From IMG/VR virus record IMGVR_UViG_3300020151_001495, positions 32,001-96,000 of that record: 64,000 bases of DNA, one strand, 5' to 3'. Under the pieces are notes generated by a model. The model did not search any database. It was given only the letters and a program-made list of their open reading frames with translations, and was not told the origin of the DNA. The stretch is from a virus. Its lineage: Duplodnaviria; Caudoviricetes. Below, piece after piece: positions 36,764 through 43,250 of the stretch. Position 1 is the first letter of the stretch, and the number at the start of each line of letters is the position of its first letter. A program made the position numbers and the translations under genes.

Positions 36764-36976
36764 TTAATATCGTTCAGGAATGTTATCGTAATCTAGTGGG
36801 TGGTCTTGTTTCTTTTCAGACTTACGAAGTTTTTTAAGGTGTTCAAAAAGAAGTTTAATCTCTTTGTATGCATCATTTGCATTCATTCTTCCTGACATTT
36901 CTGCAGCAAGAATATATTCTACCCTTTTACCAAATGCTAAAAGTTGTAATTCAAATTCTGTTTGGTTTTCATACAT
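36764..36976 (-). CDS. Conserved cyanophage hypothetical protein
   Basis: MYE..FE..L..FGKRVEYI.AAEM.G.....DAYKEIK. Confidence 0.7.
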   Translation of the reverse strand: MYENQTEFELQLLAFGKRVEYILAAEMSGRMNANDAYKEIKLLFEHLKKLRKSEKKQDHPLDYDNIPERY

Positions 36977-36995
36977 TGAATTTAATTTCAACTGA

Positions 36996-37069
36996 AGCCC
37001 AAGGTCGGACTTGAACCGACGACCTACGGTTTACAAAACCGTTGCTCTATCCAGCTGAGCTACTCAGGC
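36996..37069 (-). tRNA. tRNA-Thr(TGT)
   Basis: ACGGT-TT-TGT-AA-ACCGT anticodon arm. Confidence 0.95.
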
Positions 37070-37332
37070 ATATCTTCGGGATTCTCCAAGTCTACTGGAA
37101 ATAAACATGGATGGCATTCTTCATCAATTAAATAGAAGGATGTTCTGTATAATTCTTCAGGAGTATATTCAGGATTGTTTGATGCATCTATCTGAATATA
37201 TGGATCCTGTTGCATTATATGAGGAATCTCTTCAAATGTAAAAGGAACATTGTTAATGAAATACATTTCCACAATTTCATTGTTGTAGAAACAATAGTTA
37301 GATGAAATTTTGTATTTCATTATAGTATCCAC
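37060..37332 (-). CDS. Conserved cyanophage hypothetical protein
   Basis: MYFINNVPFTFEE..YLIDEECHPCLFPVDLENPEDMP. Confidence 0.75.
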   Translation of the reverse strand: MDTIMKYKISSNYCFYNNEIVEMYFINNVPFTFEEIPHIMQQDPYIQIDASNNPEYTPEELYRTSFYLIDEECHPCLFPVDLENPEDMPE

Positions 37333-37354
37333 CGATACACATATTTATCGGTAA

Positions 37355-37472
37355 CTCCCCCGATAGGACTTGAACCTATAACCCATCGGTTAAGGAAAAA
37401 ACTGGAATCGAACCAGAACTAAAGGAACCTTCTTTTCCACAGCCGATTGCTCTGCCATTGAGCTACAGGGGA
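37355..37472 (-). tRNA. tRNA-Asn(GTT) interrupted in the anticodon by a 46-nt insert (37438-37393)
   Basis: Intact acceptor (TCCCCTG/CGGGGGA, discriminator G), D-arm, anticodon stem ATCGG/CCGAT and T-arm; loop reads CT-GT[insert]T-AA. Confidence 0.88.
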
Positions 37473-37479
37473 ATAAATA
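37473..37479 (+). promoter_or_regulatory. Late-type promoter for the HNH gene
   Basis: ATAAATA abutting the 5' end of tRNA-Asn on the opposite strand, 30 nt before the HNH ATG. Confidence 0.6.
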
Positions 37480-37509
37480 GTTGGTATTAATTTAAAAAGT
37501 TATACCAAC

Positions 37510-37839
37510 ATGAATAAAAAAGAAACTAGAACTTATGCTGATAGAAAAGCAAAAAATCCTAACTGGGCTAAAAAGATGACAGAAAGAGTATCTGCAACTA
37601 GAAGAAAAAATGTATCTTTAATTAAAGAAGAAGCTGGAGGAAAATGCTGTATGTGTGGATACAACAAATGCACGGCAGCACTAGAGTTTCATCATTTAGA
37701 CCCAGATGCTAAAGAAGGAGGAATTATTGGTTCCACTGCATCTTTAGCAAAGCAAAGAGAAGAAGCAAAAAAATGCATTCTTGTATGTGCAAATTGTCAT
37801 CGTGAAATTCACTCTGACTTATCTATGTATCATAGATAA
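37510..37839 (+). CDS. Free-standing HNH endonuclease
   Basis: CCMCGY..ALEFHH.DP..KCILVCANCHREIH; antisense to the surrounding tRNA operon. Confidence 0.9.
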   Translation: MNKKETRTYADRKAKNPNWAKKMTERVSATRRKNVSLIKEEAGGKCCMCGYNKCTAALEFHHLDPDAKEGGIIGSTASLAKQREEAKKCILVCANCHREIHSDLSMYHR

Positions 37840-37845
37840 AAATTA

Positions 37846-37925
37846 TGGTAGGTGGGGATAACTTTACCTATGTTATCCCTCTTTACTTCTCCAAGCCTTG
37901 GCCTAAAGGGGTATTTGGCACCTAC
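37846..37925 (-). ncRNA. Putative structured RNA with terminal 7-bp stem and 3' ACCA
   Basis: GTAGGTG/CACCTAC closing stem; internal arms CCAAG/CTTGG and GGGATAAC/GTTATCCC. Confidence 0.5.
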
Positions 37926-38056
37926 GATTTTAAGGGCAAGGATGTCCACCTACGATAAAATCTACGATGTGGCCGAGGGGATCCTTTGTTTAATACAACG
38001 TTCCTTGTTGTACCCTTTACTACAGCATTCTGGTTTATCTTTCCAGTGCCACTAGC

Positions 38057-38128
38057 ACCTCTGTCTAGGAATCGAACCCAGTTTCCAAGTGCATTGTCTG
38101 CCTGTCCTTACCAATAGACTACCAGAGG
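38057..38128 (-). ncRNA. tRNA-like RNA with aberrant anticodon arm
   Basis: CCTCTG/CAGAGG acceptor, TAGTCTATTGGTAAGGAC D-arm, CTGGG-TTCGATT-CCTAG T-arm; only GCA-GACAA-TGC where the anticodon arm should be. Confidence 0.7.
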
Positions 38129-38133
38129 ATGAA

Positions 38134-38298
38134 CTAATTTTGTCCCAGAAGATATTCTACTGTAGTTGCAACATCATTCATTGCATCACGAAGATTTGGT
38201 CGTTGACCAGATTCTTGTTTAATAATTGGTCTGGAATTGTCAGTTAGAGTCCACCTCCACTGATTCATATCCTTACAATACCAAAGTTTAATGTTCAT
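38134..38298 (-). CDS. Conserved small cyanophage protein (54 aa)
   Basis: MNIKLWYCKDMNQWRWTLTD..QESGQRPNLRDAMNDVATTVEYL. Confidence 0.75.
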   Translation of the reverse strand: MNIKLWYCKDMNQWRWTLTDNSRPIIKQESGQRPNLRDAMNDVATTVEYLLGQN

Positions 38299-38443
38299 GT
38301 TTGGTTTTTTCTAATTTAATCCAATTAAGAAGAGCATTTACTTCTGCTCTCTTTGCTTCAGTGAAGTCATTACCTTTACTGAAGAGATAAAAATCCAATG
38401 CTTCAATAGCAAGTTTTCTATCTTGTTGAGAAATAAGTGACAT
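38288..38443 (-). CDS. Conserved small cyanophage protein (51 aa)
   Basis: MSLISQQDRKLAIEALDFY..NALLNWIKLE. Confidence 0.7.
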   Translation of the reverse strand: MSLISQQDRKLAIEALDFYLFSKGNDFTEAKRAEVNALLNWIKLEKTKHEH

Positions 38444-38465
38444 AATAACCTCAAAATATGAGGGA

Positions 38466-38536
38466 AGCGAATGACGGGGATCGAACCCGTGACACCAACT
38501 TGGAAGGATGGGATGTTACCGCTACACCACATTCGC
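38466..38536 (-). tRNA. tRNA-Gly(TCC)
   Basis: GCGAATG/CATTCGC acceptor, loop CT-TCC-AA. Confidence 0.95.
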
Positions 38537-38589
38537 AGTGACTCCTCTGTTTGAGCATCGTTGATAGGCTTGAGGAGTATTAATTGTAT

Positions 38590-38823
38590 TTATTTAAATG
38601 TAATTACATCGTCAGAAATACCAGTACCTACATATCCATTATAATATGGATTTTTTAAAGAATAGTCTTTCTGTGCTTCAGAAGCTAATAATCCTTCTAC
38701 CGTACCTAATGCAGATGCAATTTGAGAAAGAGTCCAGATATCTTCATGCATAGCACCTATTTCAAGTGCAGAACGAAGTGTTTCTCTAGCCTTTTCAATT
38801 TGATACTTAACTGAATCTCCCAT
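38590..38823 (-). CDS. Hypothetical protein
   Basis: MGDSVKYQIEKARETLR..SDDVITF; the ORF-track start lies inside tRNA-Ala. Confidence 0.65.
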   Translation of the reverse strand: MGDSVKYQIEKARETLRSALEIGAMHEDIWTLSQIASALGTVEGLLASEAQKDYSLKNPYYNGYVGTGISDDVITFK

Positions 38824-38842
38824 AGTAATAATATAGTGGGGA

Positions 38843-38915
38843 TGGAGAATAGGAGACTCGAACTCCTGACACCCGCCTTGCAAAGGCGATGCTCTACCAA
38901 CTGAGCTAATTCCCC
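38843..38915 (-). tRNA. tRNA-Ala(TGC)
   Basis: GGGGAAT acceptor with G3:U70, loop TT-TGC-AA. Confidence 0.95.
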
Positions 38916-39068
38916 AGATGGATTAGGTGTGTACCCATTCTGGTTACAGGGACCTAACCTCTATCCGTATGTTGACTTTGCAGTTCACATCGAACTAGTT
39001 ATGATACAGCATCTGCCTACTCATAACTAGGGTATTTACCGTCAGAAGGAAAGTTCTGTTAACGGTAA

Positions 39069-39142
39069 TCGGAATGATAGGATTCGAACCTACGGCCACT
39101 CGCTCCCAAAGCGAGTGCTCTACCAAACTGAGCTACATTCCG
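39069..39142 (-). tRNA. tRNA-Pro(TGG)
   Basis: CTCGC-TT-TGG-GA-GCGAG. Confidence 0.95.
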
Positions 39143-39145
39143 AGA

Positions 39146-39217
39146 TGGGAATACTGGGAGTTGAACCCAGACTAAGCCCTTATAAGGAGCCCGCTCTAAC
39201 CATTAAGCTATACTCCC
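39146..39217 (-). tRNA. tRNA-Ile(TAT)
   Basis: GGCTC-CT-TAT-AA-GGGCT; complete cloverleaf. Confidence 0.9.
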
Positions 39218-39226
39218 GAGATTAAA

Positions 39227-39484
39227 TTAACGAACTTCGTAATCTAATCTTCTTATTCGTCTCTTTGGAGTTGTCAATTGTTCCATAGTTTTTGATTGTT
39301 TTTGTTTTGGTTTGGTAAACCCAGTTACCATTTCGACTTGGCTCATGTCCTGTGCTATTATAACAGGTAATCCATTGTTGTCAAGCCTTATGTAAGTTTC
39401 GTTGGGACATTTACAAGATTGTCCCCTGTTTGGAGTTGCTACTTCAAGATTGGAATTGCAACATTTGCATCTGATTTTGTACAT
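39227..39484 (-). CDS. Zinc-ribbon hypothetical protein
   Basis: IRCKCC..SCKCPN..RRLDYEVR. Confidence 0.7.
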   Translation of the reverse strand: MYKIRCKCCNSNLEVATPNRGQSCKCPNETYIRLDNNGLPVIIAQDMSQVEMVTGFTKPKQKQSKTMEQLTTPKRRIRRLDYEVR

Positions 39485-39514
39485 TGTTTCATGCCTTAAT
39501 TTATTCAGTTGTCA

Positions 39515-39588
39515 CGACTCAGGAGGGACTTGAACCCCCGACCAACTGCTTAGAAGGCAGATGCTCTATCCAGCTGAGCTACTGAGTC
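39515..39588 (-). tRNA. tRNA-Arg(TCT)
   Basis: CTGC-CT-TCT-AA-GCAG; GACTCAG/CTGAGTC acceptor. Confidence 0.95.
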
Positions 39589-40039
39589 ATTCATTTGATT
39601 TTAACATGTTTTCGGGGCAGTTGTCAACCCATGGGGCACACAACCTGATTTCCCCGCCAAGTGCTCGACACTCATCAGTATAACACACAGAAGTGTCTAC
39701 TGGTTTTTCTGAGTACCGTGGAGCTGGTATTCTAACATATCCATAGTCTCCTGTCAAGCGTTCATAATCTGAAATTGCTTTATCAACTTCTAATTCCACC
39801 TTAGCATCAAGTTGTTTTTGATGGTCTGGTAAGTCTGGAAGATTTTGTTCCAGACCCAATCTTTGAATTAGTGCTGTGTAAATTTTCCAAAGTTGTTTTT
39901 CATCTAATTTCAATTGTCCAGCAAGACCAGCAATGATAATAGCGATGATAGAAACAACAACGAATCCTTTGATATATTTAGGACTTAATTGTGGAAGAAC
40001 TTTAAACTTACCTTCTTTAATTTCAAAGAGTTTAAACAT
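39587..40039 (-). CDS. Membrane-anchored hypothetical protein with Cys-rich C-terminus
   Basis: Transmembrane segment; CYTDECRALGGEIRLCAPWVDNC. Confidence 0.7.
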   Translation of the reverse strand: MFKLFEIKEGKFKVLPQLSPKYIKGFVVVSIIAIIIAGLAGQLKLDEKQLWKIYTALIQRLGLEQNLPDLPDHQKQLDAKVELEVDKAISDYERLTGDYGYVRIPAPRYSEKPVDTSVCYTDECRALGGEIRLCAPWVDNCPENMLKSNE

Positions 40040-40328
40040 TGTCATCCTCCCAAAAATTTTCCAAAGCTTCATCAACTACATCTTTAGGAGAAACATAGTT
40101 TGATTTATCTCTAAGCTTCTTTGTGTCAAAAGTAAGAGTTGGAGTTATAGACCCATTGGATTCTACTCTTACTTTTGCTCCAAATGGAGTTCCTTTTGGT
40201 TGAATGTTTAATGTATTCGCAGAGTCCAATGATACTTTAATTTTATCATTCTCTGCTTTTAAATATCCTGCTTTGCCAAGAATGTCAACGACATCTTTCT
40301 GATTATCTGGCAATCCATTATTTTTCAT
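40032..40328 (-). CDS. Hypothetical protein
   Basis: ORF track; operon packing. Confidence 0.6.
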   Translation of the reverse strand: MKNNGLPDNQKDVVDILGKAGYLKAENDKIKVSLDSANTLNIQPKGTPFGAKVRVESNGSITPTLTFDTKKLRDKSNYVSPKDVVDEALENFWEDDNV

Positions 40329-40365
40329 GAGGAAGGGGAGAACGAATCTCCCCATTATTTATCTG

Positions 40366-40728
40366 TTAAACTCTAGAGTAACAGATTCTCGCCACTCCCT
40401 GTCCAGGGTGAGCAATAGTAGAGAATGCCCCGTAGGACAGGTCGAGGTCTCGTCCTCCGACATATGGACCTCTATCATTCACTCGCACAATAACTGACTT
40501 ACCATTACTTTGATTTGTAACACGTAACCTAGTACCGAATGGAAGCCACTTATGTGCAACAGATTGACCATATGCATTATATCTTTCACCGTTAGCGGTG
40601 GTTTGGCCGTGATATCCATCACCTACACCATAATGTGATGCCAGGGAACATCCGCTGGCTGCCTCAGCTTTTTGGGGCGTAAATCCAAGAAGTGTTGAAG
40701 CAATTAGAAGAGTTGAAAATAGACGCAT
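40366..40728 (-). CDS. RlpA-like (DPBB) lytic transglycosylase
   Basis: ASHYG..TANGE..AHKWLPFGT..VRVNDRGPY..RDLDLS; signal peptide. Confidence 0.92.
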   Translation of the reverse strand: MRLFSTLLIASTLLGFTPQKAEAASGCSLASHYGVGDGYHGQTTANGERYNAYGQSVAHKWLPFGTRLRVTNQSNGKSVIVRVNDRGPYVGGRDLDLSYGAFSTIAHPGQGVARICYSRV

Positions 40729-40848
40729 TTAAATTAATAGAATTCTACATCCCAATAGAAGGGGGGTACACCCAACCTCTCGGAGGGCACCTTCCTGGGC
40801 ACAAGATGATAACACTCAATCGCTTATGATATAAGTTGGTGTTACCAA

Positions 40849-40919
40849 TAGGTGAAGAAGGAATCGAACCTCCGTAATTCAGTTAATCGCTGACCGCTCT
40901 GCCACTGAGCTATCCACCA
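40849..40919 (-). tRNA. Atypical tRNA with ATT anticodon (Asn-like) and G33
   Basis: 71-nt cloverleaf; loop CG-ATT-AA; U1:U72 and G27:A43 mismatches; has its own early promoter. Confidence 0.65.
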
Positions 40920-40922
40920 GAT

Positions 40923-40952
40923 AATAATACCAGGAATCTGTTCAGTTGTCAA
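40923..40952 (-). promoter_or_regulatory. Early promoter
   Basis: TTGACA-N17-TATTAT. Confidence 0.7.
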
Positions 40953-40978
40953 GGTGCTTGGGATATTTATAAAACTTA

Positions 40979-41671
40979 TCAGGGTTGGAAAACCCTACCC
41001 CATCCATCATTTCCTTTTGGACACCATCTATGTGATAGTTCTGATCTCTTATACACAGCTCCTTTTCCATTAGTTACTGCACCAGTATACCCATCATTTA
41101 AAGAACCATATGGATCATTGACTACATAATCTCCTGCTGGAGTCTTACCAATGACTACAACCATGTGCCCACCACGAGGTGCAGATAAAGGACCCCTATG
41201 TAAGATACCAATAACAACAGGTCTGCCGTTGGATAGTTCACGATCAAGATCAGCAAAAGTAAGACCGTAACTAAAGTGTGACTTAATACCATAGCTTGTA
41301 AGAACTTTGGTTTGAACCATATGATCAGTTGTATCCCCAATTGAAAATACTTTTTGAACATAGGCATCATCGCCCTTAGCTCCTTTTAACGTGCCTGGTT
41401 TAAAATATTCAAGACACATAGCACAACTAGAGCTGTTACAAGTACGGTCAGCATCTCTGTAATTATCGGTTTGTGGAAAAAATGGAACATCTAAAATATT
41501 TGATTTTGGTTTATCTGATTTAGATCTAAAAATTTTAATCCAGTTAGCCTCATCTTGAGTTAACTCCTGAGCCTTGAGAAGTAGATCTTTTTCAAATTGT
41601 TCTACCCCAGCAACATGCTTTGGATTGTTCTCATCGTAATGTTTAAAAAAGTTGTGTAAATCAATCTGCAT
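40979..41671 (-). CDS. C39-like peptidase (putative endolysin)
   Basis: VPFFPQTDN..TCNSSSCAM..GGHMVVVIG..VNDPYG. Confidence 0.85.
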   Translation of the reverse strand: MQIDLHNFFKHYDENNPKHVAGVEQFEKDLLLKAQELTQDEANWIKIFRSKSDKPKSNILDVPFFPQTDNYRDADRTCNSSSCAMCLEYFKPGTLKGAKGDDAYVQKVFSIGDTTDHMVQTKVLTSYGIKSHFSYGLTFADLDRELSNGRPVVIGILHRGPLSAPRGGHMVVVIGKTPAGDYVVNDPYGSLNDGYTGAVTNGKGAVYKRSELSHRWCPKGNDGWGRVFQP

Positions 41672-42005
41672 TTTTCTCTCCGAATAGTTTAATGAAATAC
41701 TCTGCATCAACAACGACTAAAGGTTTTTTGTGATTCTTTTTCATAACAACGATTGGTTCATAATCACCTGAGTTAGCTTTAGCTTGTTCATAAGCTTCCC
41801 ATACATTCAATTTTTCAACATTTTTACATTCAATAGAAAATGGAAACTTACTTCTAGCAGCTCTAGCCATGATTAAATCTTCACCACCAGCACCCATAGA
41901 TCTAGATTCAATATCTTCAGGATGTACATCTAGTTGTTCTATGAGTTGATCTCTAACCCACTTCTGTAGATTCCTACCTTTAGCTTTAGCACTTTGAGGT
42001 TTCAT
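41661..42005 (-). CDS. Holliday-junction-resolvase-like PD-(D/E)XK protein
   Basis: SAKAKGRNLQ, SMGAGGEDL, SIECKN, AYEQA. Confidence 0.75.
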   Translation of the reverse strand: MKPQSAKAKGRNLQKWVRDQLIEQLDVHPEDIESRSMGAGGEDLIMARAARSKFPFSIECKNVEKLNVWEAYEQAKANSGDYEPIVVMKKNHKKPLVVVDAEYFIKLFGEKNAD

Positions 42006-42160
42006 TATGTATCTTTATATATTATCTAAAATATTTATCTGAACCCTAACAGAGTCATTATACAGACTTTTACGAGGTTTGTCAAACCCCCATACGAATT
42101 TCGCATTATAGGTAAAAAACACAGCTTTTTTTCTATGGTTTTACTAGGGGTTTCGAGCAT

Positions 42161-42186
42161 AAAAAAAGAGACCCCTATGGGGTCTC
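42161..42186 (-). terminator. Intrinsic terminator
   Basis: GAGACCCC-ATA-GGGGTCTC-TTTTTTT. Confidence 0.85.
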
Positions 42187-42208
42187 CGAGTGATTTGTGA
42201 GCTGGTTA

Positions 42209-43195
42209 TCAGTCTTCTAGGATTGCAGAAATCCACTCTTCGGACATGTTAACCATGATAGCTTGTGCTGCTTCTGGAGTATCTGCATAACCTTCGGTTA
42301 GAAGGTGATCAAGAACTACATCATACACATCTACATCTTCACCTAGTTTAGATGCTAGCTTACCTGCACCAGAAGCAACCTTTCTGGCTACTTTACCAGC
42401 TCCTTTCTTAAGGAATCCTTTAATAGCAGAACCTGCAGCTTTTGCTGCGCCTGCAGTTGCAGATGCACCCTTACGTGCAGCATCAGATGCTGCAGTACCT
42501 GCTGCAGTTGCTTTATCTTTTGCCATCTTACCTGCAGCATAACCAGATACTGCAGCAGATGCTGCCTTCTGCTTAACTGCACTCTTAACCATATCTGCAC
42601 CACGTTGTAGTTTATTAGCAGCTCTGGTTGCAAGGTGCCCAACAACCTTAGCACGAATTCCTCTGCGAACAGAAGGATCCTTTGCACCCTGTCTTGCCTG
42701 AATTGCAGTTGTATTAATAGGCTTACCTTTCTTGCTTGTTTCTAGACCATGCTTGGCAGCATAGCCTGCAACACGAGTATCTACAGCCTTTCTGACTGCA
42801 CCTACTGCCTTACCAGGAGCATCCTTAACAGCCTGTGCTTGACGCTGGCGAGCAGCAGAAACTACTGCAGTACGTCTTGCTTGCTGACGCATTGCAGTAC
42901 CCTGACCAGTGGTTACTGGTGCAGATTTCTTATCAGAACTTAGTTTAGTGTACCCACCACGACCAGTAGTTACAGTAGCCTCAGAAAGAAGATCTTCGAA
43001 TGCTTCTAGAATATCATCTAGTTCATATCCCTCTTCTACCATAGCTTCGATTGTTTCATCAACAATCTCTTCTAGCTCATCATCATAAAGATAGCTAACG
43101 TCTTCAAATAGTTCTGTTTCTTCGGATAGAGTTTCTCTTAGTTCGTCGTCATATACGGCGAAGTAAGACTCATAAAGTTTTTGGGTACTTGTCAT
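42209..43195 (-). CDS. Late Ala/Lys-rich protein (putative internal head protein)
   Basis: Acidic termini and basic core; C-terminal LLTEGYADTPEAA..IMVNMSEEW motif; TATAAATA upstream. Confidence 0.65.
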   Translation of the reverse strand: MTSTQKLYESYFAVYDDELRETLSEETELFEDVSYLYDDELEEIVDETIEAMVEEGYELDDILEAFEDLLSEATVTTGRGGYTKLSSDKKSAPVTTGQGTAMRQQARRTAVVSAARQRQAQAVKDAPGKAVGAVRKAVDTRVAGYAAKHGLETSKKGKPINTTAIQARQGAKDPSVRRGIRAKVVGHLATRAANKLQRGADMVKSAVKQKAASAAVSGYAAGKMAKDKATAAGTAASDAARKGASATAGAAKAAGSAIKGFLKKGAGKVARKVASGAGKLASKLGEDVDVYDVVLDHLLTEGYADTPEAAQAIMVNMSEEWISAILED

Positions 43196-43250
43196 TGGAG
43201 TTTCTATAAATGTTACTTTATAGTATTATTTATAAAAACTCCCGTATTGA

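Noticed and set aside
37393-37438. Insert interpreted as a group I/II intron or archaeal-type BHB intron
   Set aside because: 46 nt is too short for a ribozyme core, and there is no terminal G, no domain V and no clear bulge-helix-bulge.
37852-38055. 67-aa plus-strand ORF after the HNH gene
   Set aside because: No RBS or motif; it overlaps strongly base-paired minus-strand elements and is more plausibly non-coding.
37846-38128. Two-piece tmRNA or RNase P RNA
   Set aside because: No G3:U70 Ala acceptor, no tag reading frame and no RNase P P4 consensus found.
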